Below the pieces are notes generated by a model. That model made no database searches, was not told the DNA's origin, and was given only the letters and a program-made list of their open reading frames with translations. Positions 29,218 to 40,833 of a stretch of DNA of 59,857 bases are shown here, in pieces. A program made the translations under genes and the position numbers. The number at the start of each line of letters is the position of its first letter. Within the stretch, counting starts at the first letter, position 1. The DNA lies in contig CM097882.1 of NCBI GenBank assembly GCA_044892505.1, positions 364,068,144 to 364,128,000 of the forward strand, read 5' to 3'. The DNA is from Schmidtea nova. Its lineage: Eukaryota.

Positions 29218-30122
29218 CAGTGATTCTCATCCACGATGCCGCGGCACTTTTGCGTGCCGCGAAATTTTAGTGTATATTTGTGTTATATTATTAAATAATT
29301 ATTTTTTAAAACAATTTAATTATAATATAGAACGCGTTGCAAAAAAATGATAAAATAATTTGAAATTCCATTATATATTTAAATATATGTTTAAATAAAT
29401 ATGTTTAATAAATATGTTTAATAAAAATGTTTAAATTTTAAACATATCGGCTTTACAATATTTTAAATTCAAACTTGAATAAATCTTATTTACTGGTAAT
29501 ATTAAATTCGCTTTTTTTAATAATGTTTCGTCAATATTATTTTTATTTATAAGAACCCTTTGAAATGGAGAAATGGTCAAAAAAGGAAAGCTTAATGATG
29601 ATAATACTGATAATGAAAACCTTAGCGACCAAGAGAATGAGCCTATTCCCAGTACAAGTAAAGATACTTCTTAAGTTTTATCTTGCGTTCTTGAATTAAA
29701 AAATGAAATGAAAATATTTTTTGAACAAGATAAAAATGATCATTTTGTTCATACGTTGGAAGATAAAATATGATGTGCTAAACTAGATTATTTATCTGAC
29801 ATTTTTGTTATTTTTAATAACATGACAGTGACATTATTATTTTTACGACCAAATCTAGACGAAATCATCAAAATACACCGAGCTCAAATTTTGCATTGAA
29901 TGTATTCTTATAATTAATTTGTAATTAATCACTCAATAAACATTCTGTTGCCTTTGTAGTACATATTATTTTATTTAAATTTAAAATTATTATCATAAAC
30001 TATTTTATACAGTGTATTATAGGTAAGTAAAATTCTTTTAAACTTATCTTATAGTTACTGTGCCGCCAAATTTTGAAATTGTTAAAAGCGTGCCGCTACA
30101 AAATAAAGGTTGAGAATCACTG
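29218..30122. mobile_element. Non-autonomous hAT (Charlie/Buster-type) element, 905 bp
   Basis: TIR CAGTGATTCTCA/TGAGAATCACTG; perfect 8-bp TSD TTGTAAAT (29210-29217 and 30123-30130). Confidence 0.9.
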
Positions 30123-30572
30123 TTGTAAATGATGCAGAAAGAATTATCATTGAGCTTGATAGTTAACCTAATAATTTATGAGTTGGGCTAAATTCGATGA
30201 TTATGATTGCAGATGATAACAAATAATAAAATTACTGAATTAATAAATGATTAATATTTGATTTTTTTTATTAATTTAGATAAATAAAAACATAAATCTA
30301 ATCAAGTCGGTTTTAAGTTAGACAAATTAATTTAAATATTAATATATAATTATTATCAATAATTCTCATAATGACTATAGATCAAAATTTTTTTTATAAA
30401 CAATAACACAATATATCATTAACACAATATATCATCGAATTTAGCCCAACTCATAAATTATTAGGTTAACTATCAAGCTCAATGATAATTCTTTCTGCAT
30501 CATTTACAACAGTGATTCTCAACCTTTATTTTGTAGCGGCACGCTTTTAACAATTTCAAAATTTGGCGGCAC
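30060..30572. repeat. 142-bp inverted repeat pair (30060-30201 and 30431-30572)
   Basis: The arms read as exact reverse complements and include the hAT right end plus flanking DNA. Confidence 0.9.
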
Positions 30573-30648
30573 GCAATATTTTTAGCATTAACTTAAGAAT
30601 TAGCGCATGAATTTAATAGAACTTGTAAGAAGAATTTGTCAGACACTT

Positions 30649-32000
30649 CAGTCCCACAAAAAAAGTCGTGAACAGTTAAGTTTATTCATAATTTCTTCAC
30701 AAACTTCATAACAACCCGAATAAAGTGAAAGGCATTTACAATTTGAAACATCATAATTTACAAAATTTCCAGAGGGTTCCAATAATCAATTCAATATGAC
30801 ATTGGACCACTGCCTTGCCTGATACACTCCTGTAGGCGTTTCATCATTGACAGTGCCAGATTTTTAAAGAAAATGTTAGGTAACTGATGAAACCAAGTAT
30901 TGAGTATTGCTGCTTTTAAGTCAATTAGGTTATCAAATTTGTATTTTCCAATTTGGTATTTCAGCAGGGACCACGCATTTTCAATGGGGTTAAGGTCTGT
31001 TGACTGAGGGGGCCAATCCAGCACAGTCCATCGTTATTTAGGGATCCATTCCTTTACTATTTTGTTGCGGTGGCATGGTGCACCATCATCCTGTAGAACT
31101 CAATCTTTATTATTACTAAACGTCTTTCTAACGGAACTGCGTACTTCATTGTTCAGAACCTTTAAATACCACTGGTATTTGCATCTTTCGTCATTGTACA
31201 AGAACCGAACTTTTCCCGGCCTAGAAGCAGTGAAGCTTCCACATAACATAATAGAGGATGGATGTTTGAGTGTAGGGACTACAAACTTTAATTTATCATC
31301 CTTCTTTCGACACTCACGTTGGCATCTTGAATTATTTACCACATATATTCTTGTTTCATCAGTGAACAGCACTTTTTTCCAAAATTCTGAAGGCTCATTT
31401 ACATACTTCTTTGCAAACTTTAATCTCATTTGTCTATGGCTTTTTGTTAACAGTGGCTTCTTGAGCGGTAATGAGGATCTAAATTACATTCTAGATAAAT
31501 AATTCCTGATAGTTTGATTACTGATGTTTATATTCATGTGATACTCACAGGTAACGGCCGGATTCTTAGCAATTTCTAATGCTAAGTGTTGTTGAACTCT
31601 GTTTGAAAGTATCTCCTTTCGACCACAAGTTAAATATTTGTTAGACAAATCATTCGTTGTTTTGTACTGCTTTACCACTTTCGAAATTACTCCAACAGAA
31701 ATATTGAGATTGCTTGCAATTTTTCGATAACTTTCCCCAGTTTTCAATTTATTGATGATTAAAAATCGAATTCTTTTATCCAAGACACTGTTTTGAGCCA
31801 TATGTATTTTTAAAACATGCGTAAAAATAAATGGAGTTTAAACAAAATAATGATTTCATTGATGTGAAATAAATGAACCAACATTAAATCCATAATATTG
31901 GAATTATATTAACATTTTCTCCTTGAGTGCACTAACAACAGATATTTAGACTTTTACATAAAGAAAACAATAAGTGTTCACGACTTTTTTTGGGTGTCTG
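30649..32000 (-). mobile_element. Tc1-like transposon, degenerate
   Basis: Imperfect TIRs of about 26 bp, CAG...CAAAAAAAGTCGTGAACA; TA at the right end only. Confidence 0.88.
30791..31801 (-). pseudogene. Tc1 DD34E transposase pseudogene
   Basis: HTH (GESYRKIASNLNIS), VLFTDET, LQDDGAPCH and WPPQSTDLNPIENAW; frameshifts and an in-frame stop. Confidence 0.9.
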
Positions 32001-33033
32001 TACAATAATATTAAAAAGAAGACAAAATAAATTCATGAAGACAATAAACTCAATTTTTGAATTTAAGGAAGCTCTTCTTTAATTAAAGAAATTTGGGCAG
32101 TTGCCATTTGAAAAGGATGTTGAGGATACCTAAATAATAAATTAAATATCATCACAAATAAATAAAATTATTGGGGAGGGAATGGACAGGGTAAATGATG
32201 TGATGTTTTCAAATACGGAGAAGGAGGAAGGAAAAGTAAAAATTGAGAAATGAGATGTCAGCGAAACAAAAGAAATCGAACAAATAGCTAGAAAAGGTCA
32301 TTCCTAATTAAGAAGTACACAAAGGCAAAAGTAATTTCGAAATTTAAAAACAAAAATTATCTCTTGACAGCTTGTCAGAGATATCAGGATTGCAGGAGAA
32401 AAAGTCAGAATAACAAAAAAAGGAACCATGAAATATCTCGACAACTGTCAGAGATAATGTAGGAGCTAGGAGAAAATAATAAAGTATGCTGAGGTCAAAA
32501 ATGGGGAAAACAAAATTTATCTCAATAGTAAGACAATGACGAGCTATAAAAGAGAAAGCCACAATAGTTGAATCATAAATTTATAATAGTATAATTGCCT
32601 ATTTGAGTGTTGAATTGATCGTGTTATTATAATTCATGTAATAAACTGTGATAATCAATAAAGGTTTATATGGTCAGAAATTTGTTATTTCGATGATCAA
32701 ATAAAGCACGCTTTGGAGTCAGAGATTAAATTGGTATCTTTTAAATTTCACCAACAACCCGATAACCCAACAAGGACTTGGATCTATTTGATCGAACAAT
32801 GAATATTGAAAGTAAAATAAAGGATGCGATGATCAACAAATAAAAATGGTAGTTTCAAATTAATGATCATTTTTCAAATAAATAAAAGATGTTATTAGTT
32901 TATTTTTTAGTTTTAAACCAAAGTAATAATGTAATAAGTATAAAAATTTCAACACAAGGTGGTTTTAATAAAAGAAATTATTATACAATTATAAATCTCC
33001 ATATTTCAATCATTTTTTCACTATTTAGTATTA

Positions 33034-33166
33034 NNNNNNNNNNNNNNNNNNNNNNNNNNNNNNNNNNNNNNNNNNNNNNNNNNNNNNNNNNNNNNNNNNN
33101 NNNNNNNNNNNNNNNNNNNNNNNNNNNNNNNNNNNNNNNNNNNNNNNNNNNNNNNNNNNNNNNNNN
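33034..33166. other. Assembly gap (N run)
   Basis: Run of N. Confidence 1.
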
Positions 33167-33460
33167 TTTCTGACTCTGGGGTACCTTGATAAAATAACGA
33201 ATACAGTTCACTCAATTTATATTTTACATTATTAGTTACACAATTTATTTTTTAGTAAATTATAGTTAAATAAATGATTTTTAAAAAAGAAATATGGTTT
33301 GAAAATAAAATTGAAACGTTTTTATATGATAAAAAAATAGTAAATAAATATAATGAAACACATAAGAATCATTTTATAAAAAATTTAATTTTTATTTAGT
33401 AATCTTTTACCTATTTTGAATGAAATCGAAAAGTTGATTTGGAATATTTTCATATAAACC

Positions 33461-33657
33461 TTTTATTATTTATATCAATAATTCCCATAACGGATGACTA
33501 TAGATCAAAATTTCTTTAAACAAGTACACAATATTTCGGCACGGCCTTTATCAAGTGTGTATTTGATAAAGGCTGTGCCGAAATATTGTGTACTTGTTTA
33601 AAGAAACTTTGATCTATAGTCATACCATTATGGGAATTATTGATATTAATAATAAAA
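33461..33657. repeat. Fold-back palindrome of about 197 bp made of two inverted Penelope pLTR copies, each with a hammerhead-like motif
   Basis: Arms of about 94 bp around an 8-nt loop (33555-33562); same family as 1-70 and about 30371-30417; motif at 33526-33558 (-) and 33559-33591 (+). Confidence 0.85.
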
Positions 33658-34596
33658 AAAGATCAAAGGTGAAAAAAAGATAATTATGATACTTTTATTA
33701 TAATCAATAATTACTTTTCTCCGAAATTTCTCTTTATTTTTGATAAAGTGAGTTTTTTACTATGGCATATGAATGAGTACAAATTATTAAATTGGAATTA
33801 AAAGATTCACAACCTTTTCTGAAATTAGGACATTTCAGAACAAAGCAATATTTAAGTGCGGCCATTTGGCAAGATGCGACCAATTTCTTTTTATTGTGCG
33901 GCCATTACCATTGTGATTAAAATATTAAAAAAATATTTTGTTACATTTTGTTTTCAGAAAATATTTATAGTAACAGATACCCGGTGAGAATTTAAAAAAC
34001 AAATTAAGAATCAGTAATACCCAACTGGAGTATCATTTGCTGGGATTATGGGTGGGTTCTAAATAATTAAAATAAATAGTTAATTATTAATTAAACGACT
34101 ATTGATGAGTACGTATACTAGGGATTCCACGCCCATAACCATACATAACATGACTACTACACGCGTATGCCCTTGCCTATTCCCTACTAGTCAAGTTGGT
34201 ACTGCATACGGTGGTGGAAAAATGATGGGCAGGTGAGCTTTGTTGCCAAAACTACTCCCCATTTATCTTCCCTCGGGTCCTTGCTGCCGATAGAAGGTCT
34301 TACGCAATTACATTCTATGGATGTTCGTCTCCCAATGAATTTTACACTATTTATCCTCATGAGTTATCACACGCTTTCCCCAATTGCCCTTTCCTTAACT
34401 GATCTACAAGGTAATTAATCAGTCTCTACGTAGAAACGGTCGGTCTGAGAAAAATACTGATGAGATTTTCGATTTCTAGGATTTAATTGAGTTATTTATT
34501 TTATTTAGTGAAGTCATACGATGAGAGACAAAATTTACACCAAAATACTTTTATTAAAATAATAAAAACAGGTTGTTATTTTACATCGATGTTTTC

Positions 34597-35181
34597 CTAC
34601 GCAAACTCCAGACTAATCTCCTGAATCAACTCCGCTTCGGTTAAGGAGTTCAAGTGGTGGATTTGCTCGTCCAGGCGCTTCGCAAATTCTCGGCGACGAC
34701 GACGCTGTCGCGATCCCATTCGTTGTTTTCGAAGCTGTTTGGTGAGTACAGGTACTGACGCCATTGTTCTCGATGGATCACTGAGAAAAGTAGGCAAGTC
34801 GGCTGTTACCAAAGTGGGGGCCATGATGATACCCTCTTCCGTCCCGCAAGCGACATCTTGATGAGTACTTTGTGTCCAGCGCTGAGCCGTGATCGGCCGG
34901 ATTAGCGCTCGTAATTCGGAGTCGATATAACTTCTTGTTACTGCATTTAGGCAATTTCGTAGTTCTCTCTGGACGGCATCTAGTTCCAATTTAGTTGCGG
35001 CCAGTGCTTCCTGCATTCGCTCAAGTTTTTTCGATTGGTCCTTCATTTGTTCGGGCGAGAACCACTTCGCTCTCAATTCATCATTGGCGACCGTGAGTCG
35101 CTTGATCTGCCGCTGCTGGTCCCTCAACTTCCTCTCTTGGATTTGTCCCATAATTTTCTTAGAATTTTCTGAAGTCGGCAT
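34597..35181 (-). CDS. LTR-embedded 194-aa protein: coiled coil plus Arg-rich motif
   Basis: ATG with CAG 5 nt upstream; AATAAA at 34550-34555; RKQRMGSRQRRRRRE; its last 42 nt recur at 59816-59857. Confidence 0.65.
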   Translation of the reverse strand: MPTSENSKKIMGQIQERKLRDQQRQIKRLTVANDELRAKWFSPEQMKDQSKKLERMQEALAATKLELDAVQRELRNCLNAVTRSYIDSELRALIRPITAQRWTQSTHQDVACGTEEGIIMAPTLVTADLPTFLSDPSRTMASVPVLTKQLRKQRMGSRQRRRRREFAKRLDEQIHHLNSLTEAELIQEISLEFA

Positions 35182-35509
35182 GTTGTCTGAATATTATAAC
35201 GATAAATTCGCTGGAGGACCTATCAACAATGTTATTTTATTTAGTCGACTATTTACTATTATTAAACGAGATGCATACTAATGTTTTTAATTATTGAGTT
35301 CTTTGCAAAATTATTTAACTATCTGATTATTGAAGGCTCAAAAGATTTAGTGAACTAATTTGATATTAGAAAATGGATTTCCTAATGACTATAACAACTA
35401 CAACACTGGATATTAATAAAGCTACAATACAACACTATTAACAAAATGAGACACTTCAGATTTCTCTAAAACATTTATTAAATTCAAAAACAGGTGGCCC
35501 TCGATTCAA

Positions 35510-35977
35510 CTATTCATCTTCGGTCATTTTTCCTCGATACGAAAATATCGATCTGATTTGCAAATTTGTGTTGATATTGGACGAGGCCTGCTGAAAACGG
35601 ATCCTCTCAGCTTCCCGAAGGGGTCGTATTGCTGTATGGAACTTGAACCCCAATTCCTTGAATGTAGAGGCTGGAATGAACCCCCAATATATTACACATC
35701 TCGGGAATCCTCGTTTATCTAGCATCAGAACGAACCAGGCGGCGTGCCATGATTCGAATTCCTCGTCTGGAATGATTGGCCAACTAGCACATCCCCGGTA
35801 CCATACGTGATGCCGTGGATGGTCCCATACTGTAAATGGACATGCGGTTTCAAGTTCTCGGCGCCATGCCCACATTTTTTGATGGATTTGTTGTAAAATC
35901 TCAAAAGGAGCCGGCTTTAACGGGCTAATTCGAGCTCGTTCTCGTCGCTTTTTGATGGTGAATCTGTGCTTAGTCAT
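35510..35977 (-). CDS. 155-aa Trp-rich protein of unknown function (probably within the LTR)
   Basis: ATG with TAG 4 nt upstream; AATAAA at 35474-35479; shares the 3' motif ACCTGTTTTT with the neighbouring ORF. Confidence 0.6.
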   Translation of the reverse strand: MTKHRFTIKKRRERARISPLKPAPFEILQQIHQKMWAWRRELETACPFTVWDHPRHHVWYRGCASWPIIPDEEFESWHAAWFVLMLDKRGFPRCVIYWGFIPASTFKELGFKFHTAIRPLREAERIRFQQASSNINTNLQIRSIFSYRGKMTEDE

Positions 35978-37513
35978 GATACTAGAACAATACTGAATTT
36001 TATAATAGTTAACAATTTAAATCAATTATTAAGTATAGTAGATGTTATCTCTCATCGTGATGCCTTTACTATTTGCCTTCCCCTTAGACCTTAGCTGAAA
36101 CCCAAAAAACTGTTGTTCACTACGGTATACATTACTCTCGTGTCTGCTTAGATCTATCTATTTATGATCGATAATATAGTCGGAAATTGGTGATTTGTCT
36201 GCGTGGGTATTGAAACACTGATACCTCAAAACGGAAACTCTCTCACGTCATGTATCTCCTAGCTTATTCGAAAAACGCTCTTTTGTATCAATTGCGGTCG
36301 ACCTAATTTTTAGAAGGTTTATTAGATGTTTATTTAGCAACTGTGCTGTGGTGAGGGTGAAAAATTGGGCCTCCTCACAGTCGAAAAATTCTTTCCTATC
36401 CTGCATCGTTAGATTTTATCTGAAAAATCGCCTCCTCGATAGCTAAGATGATTGAAATTAATTCCCCGGATTTGTTGGGTGTCCCATGTGCAAATCTCGA
36501 CCACTACCGATAGAATCATATTTGGTTATTTATTACTTTACCGTGTGTGGAGCCCTCGAGCACCACGCCACGGACTGACACCTTGGGAACCTAGAGCTCC
36601 CAACGGCGCAAAATTAATATATCAATATTTTTTACAATTAATCATAACAAGATTTAAATAATCAAAAATTTAATGATAACAAAAACATGCATAGTAAAAT
36701 CAATAAATCAAATTTTACCAAGTAATTCCACACAATTGATCTGATTAAGTTCGGTAGTAATACAATAGTCTGAATTAGTTTGGGGTCAAAATCGCAATCT
36801 AACAATGTCTGAATTTTTTGTCTCAACAAAAGTCTAAGTTGTACAAAGTCTAAATTTTAGTCTAAACTCTAGTCAAAAGTCTGATTTTATGAAAAATCTG
36901 ATCAGTATTTATACTGATCAGTCGTGTCTAGACCGACCAATCAAGTTCGGCCAGTTTCATGGTGGTTTTTAATTATTGTTTTTGATTCTAATTAATTTTT
37001 ATTTTTTAGATTGTATTCTTCCTTGGAGGTCCGGGTTTCCAAAAACAATTATTCAATAACAAGTACTTTTATTTGGTTTTAATTATTATTATTTGTATTT
37101 TATTTTGTTTTTAGATGTCTCCTGGGCCCGTTAATATCTAGAAATTCATTTATTTTTATTTATAGCTTGTACTTAGTTTATCTATATTTTAACTATATTA
37201 CTCCTTTCTTTTAACAAATAAATATTCCCCTTTTTACCTTATTTTTCTCTTTTTTGTTTTAATTAATCTACTTTTATTTCACTTTTCCCTCTATTTGGCT
37301 GGCCCAACATCACTCGGGGACCCCTAAAATTGCGTCCCGCAATTAATTATACATTTACACCTATATCATCATACATAAAAATTACGCAGATAAATGTCAA
37401 TTTACATATACACAAAGAATCACATAAGGTGATAGATTTTATACGTAAGCACAAAGTCATATTATTGTTAAATGTAAGTGGATCATATATACAGTGAATG
37501 TAATTTATCAGTT

Positions 37514-38086
37514 TTACACAAGCTCTTTGATTTCATGATTGGTATTGGATTGGATTGGGGTTCTTTCGCTGATTGTTCGTAGTTCGTAGAGGCTTTGGAT
37601 TCGGTTGAGATGTTTTCTCATTCGTTTTTGGGTTCTGATATCTGGTATTGTTGTTCGATTCAAGATGACTTGTTTTTGTTTTAGGATCTTTACTCGGTAG
37701 GATGTTATGAGGATTGTGATCGCGATAATGGTCACGCTGAGTGCAAGGATTATTATAATTGCGATGATCCATTTTTCTTGATATTCTATCTCTGCTTGGG
37801 CTAAGCTTTTTATGGGTTCTCGACCTTCTTTTAGGGTTTTTCTGATTGTTTTCAATTTGATTCGATGTTCATATAGGACCTGTTGAAATTTTTCGTCGTT
37901 TGGGTTGTCTAATGTTATCTGTTGAAGTTGGGTGATTTCTTGTGTTGCTTCGCTGATTAGTTTATCTAGCTCTTGATAGGTTTTCTCGGGTAGGGCTCGT
38001 AGCTCCTTCTCTGTGAGTTGAAGATCTTCTCTTTGTAGGGTGATTGTTATTAGGTATAAGAATATCGGTATTCTGAGCTTTTTCAT
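37514..38086 (-). CDS. 190-aa predicted type I membrane protein
   Basis: Signal-like N-terminus MKKLRIPIFLYLITITL; heptad-rich ectodomain; TM WIIAIIIILALSVTIIAITILITSY; basic cytoplasmic tail. Confidence 0.75.
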   Translation of the reverse strand: MKKLRIPIFLYLITITLQREDLQLTEKELRALPEKTYQELDKLISEATQEITQLQQITLDNPNDEKFQQVLYEHRIKLKTIRKTLKEGREPIKSLAQAEIEYQEKWIIAIIIILALSVTIIAITILITSYRVKILKQKQVILNRTTIPDIRTQKRMRKHLNRIQSLYELRTISERTPIQSNTNHEIKELV

Positions 38087-38168
38087 ACTGTTTTCTTTAT
38101 AGATAGGTCAATACAATTTGACACTACATTTCATATAATTATTTACAAAAATATATTTTCCGCTTTAT

Positions 38169-39230
38169 TTACACAATCGTCTCATTTGGTTCGTAGAAAC
38201 CTTCGTCCTGAGGCTCTACTTGGTTCGTGGGGAGTGGTATCCAAACAACCCTGCTCCTCCACATTTCGACTTCATCTCGATACATGTGAGATATCTGGAT
38301 CTCCTCGTCCAGCAAATATTCTAGGTAATTTGCTTGTTCTGTTAATGTTTCTATTTGCTTCTCTAATTCGATTACTTTTGTCTTTTGTTCGACTTCTTTC
38401 TTCATTTTTGTTACGGCTGCCGTTATACTTGCTTCTTTGGGTATTACTGATACTGTTACTCGTTTCTGTTTCAATTCTTCGTTTTCTTTCATCAAATTCG
38501 TTAAATTTTCCTCATAACTTTGTTTCTCTTCCTTTAATCTTTCTCTGGTTCTTTTTAGCTCTATTTTCTTCTGGGTAATCACTCCTTGATAACCATTTAT
38601 ATCTCTCTTCATCTCTTCTTCTTTCTGATTCCATATTCCGGTGAGCATAATTTTCAGTTGTTCTTGATTAGCTAGTTCTTCTCCCATTCTTTGAACTTGA
38701 TAGGTTAGTCCTTTAATTTTCTTTGCTTGTTCGCGGATAAATTGCTGTCTTTTTGTATTCCATCTTTTATTCAACACTTCTTGGTGTATTTTCTGTTCTA
38801 ACTCGTCTTTTAATTCGTCGATCTCTTTATATAATTTCCAGTCATCACTATAAGCTGTCCTTTCTATTATTTCTCTAGCTTTTTCGTAAGATTCTTTTGC
38901 TTCTTTCTTCCAGTATCTTGCTTGTTCTGTAATCGAATACATCTTGTGTTCAGCTTCCATCTGCTGTCTGTCTCTTTCCTCTCGTCGCTCTTTCATCATT
39001 CTCTGGTAATATTCCTTTTGTTGTTGTAGCATTTTGTATACTTCTTCTATTTTTTCTCGACTTCTTTGACTTGATCTTTCCGCTTCTTTTAATAATTCGG
39101 CTTGTCTCTCTACCTCCTCCTGCTTTCTATAATATGCATTGACCCATATTTCAATCTGTTCTAGATGATCGCTAATCGCTTCTGCTTGATGCATCGTAAT
39201 TTCCTGTAAGCATACTTCGATATTTCCCAT
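38169..39230 (-). CDS. 353-aa long coiled-coil protein
   Basis: E/K/Q/R-rich heptads throughout; the stop codon overlaps AATAAA (38164-38169). Confidence 0.8.
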   Translation of the reverse strand: MGNIEVCLQEITMHQAEAISDHLEQIEIWVNAYYRKQEEVERQAELLKEAERSSQRSREKIEEVYKMLQQQKEYYQRMMKERREERDRQQMEAEHKMYSITEQARYWKKEAKESYEKAREIIERTAYSDDWKLYKEIDELKDELEQKIHQEVLNKRWNTKRQQFIREQAKKIKGLTYQVQRMGEELANQEQLKIMLTGIWNQKEEEMKRDINGYQGVITQKKIELKRTRERLKEEKQSYEENLTNLMKENEELKQKRVTVSVIPKEASITAAVTKMKKEVEQKTKVIELEKQIETLTEQANYLEYLLDEEIQISHMYRDEVEMWRSRVVWIPLPTNQVEPQDEGFYEPNETIV

Positions 39231-39359
39231 TGCTATAATTACAGAAAATTTTTTTTTTTTTTTTTTTTTTTTAATCGGTTTATATATCAGTTATTTTTGT
39301 TTATATAATAATTTTTGGGTATTTAACTGTACATATTATTTACATGATCACTTCTCTTG

Positions 39360-40742
39360 TTACGTCAACCATCCTTTTCTATCCGCTTTCTCGTTCCTTT
39401 CCATTTCTATATATAAGGTGTCTGCATATAATCGTTCCCATAGGTTTTCTTTCGTTATAAACATCGGTTCTCCCGCTGCTAATCCACATTCTGTGGTTGG
39501 TTTCTCGCTCGTACTCGCATGTTTCTCTGTCTCAAAGAATTTTTCTACTGGTTTTGTTACACTTCTGATTCTTACAATGACTCCTACTTTCAAGGGCCAT
39601 TCTACTAGGTCGTCGTATTCTCCTTTACATAGCGAGAAAAATATTTACACATGTGTTCCCCGTCCTCTTCCGTCTCCATTTGGGTATAGCTTCAATCTCA
39701 CTTTAGCTCCGTTTCTCCATAAATAAAATGGTGGGCTTATTACTGCTGTTTTCGTCATGTTTCGGGCCTCTGTTAATTTGTCTCTAAAATCTGTCACTTT
39801 CCACACATATGGTGCTATTGGTAGCTTTTCCTCGGTATCCTGTGTGAGTTTGTTGTACTGGATTTTCATTCCTTTAGCCAATTCTTCAATAGCTTTTATC
39901 TTTTTCTCCATTTTTTCTCGTGTTAGTTCGAATTGCTCTCTGGTTTCCAACAGTAGGCTTACCATTATCTTGTGTGACTCTATTTCTCTTTCTAATTTTT
40001 TGATCGTTTGTTCGGTTTCTTTTGTTGCTTCGTTTGTCATTTCCGCATGCTTTAGCAATGCTTCCTCCAGATGTTGTTTCATGGTTTTTTGCGTTCTTTT
40101 CTCCATACATCCCTGTTTATTATAAGGGCATTCCCTTGGTTTCTCCGTGCACACTTTCCAATGTTCTTGTAATTTTACTTCTACCGTTATCTCGCATTCG
40201 TTTGAACATATTCCTACATATTGTCTACATACTTTCTCCTCTTTTACATTCAGGTGTTCTTCTTCGATCTTTCTCCTCGTTTCTCGAGTTCCACAATATT
40301 CGCATAGACTTTCCTCTTCTTTACATTCATCTTTGTGCTGCTCTTTATTCTTTATAGTTATTTTTTGTTGGCATTTGTTACATTCAGTTCTCTTCTCTTC
40401 GCAGTTCTCCAGATGGTTCTCGAGATCGCGTATTTGTCCTTGCCATATACATGGTTGATTAATACATTCGGTTTTCGTGTTCATGATTTCTCTCTGAGTT
40501 GCTCTATCTGGTCTGGTTTCTTCGAATTTTATTTGTCCTTCTTTGCATTCTGGACATTCTGGTGGTCTCTTCATACTTAACTCGTGTATGCATTTGGTAC
40601 ATACTCTGCATCCGCATAGGGTTTGTCTTGGTTTCAATATTATGTTTTTACAATTTACACAAGTGAGTCTCTGACTCCATTTCCTGTTCTCGGCTCTCAA
40701 AATTTCGATTCTCCGCTCTTCGGCTTTTCCTTCTGTATTCAT
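39360..40742 (-). CDS. TRAF-family protein (RING, TRAF zinc fingers, coiled coil, MATH), 460 codons with one in-frame TAA at 39645-39647
   Basis: CVNC...CGCRVC RING; CNKC/CEYC/CPYNKQGC fingers; the MATH domain YVWKVTDF...SPPFY...LYPNGDGRGRGTHV*IFFSLCKGEYDDLVEWP continues in frame into ORF 39360-39593. Confidence 0.9.
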
Positions 40743-40833
40743 TCTACAAAGATATATACACTTGATTTGTTATCTATTTTTTGATTTTTCTTGTTTTTTG
40801 TTTTACATATTTACAATTTTTCGCTTTATTTAT

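Larger units (their letters stand above)
34038..37341 (-). repeat. 3' LTR (34038-34638 verified; inner boundary uncertain)
   Basis: 34038-34638 equals 59257-59857. The proposed end at 37341 rests on TCCCGCA mirroring the TGCTGGGA terminus. PPT-based alternatives are about 37216 (AAAAAGGGG tract) or about 37281 (AGAGGGAAAAG-TG). Confidence 0.5.

Noticed and set aside
34233-34418. Plus-strand 61-aa ORF repeated in both LTRs
   Set aside because: GTG start, antisense, no motif; the duplication simply reflects the LTR.
34425-34475. CTGATGAG and GAAAC in the LTR as a hammerhead
   Set aside because: Stems II and III cannot form. The CTGATGAG at 58164-58171 also fails and fits a splice donor better.
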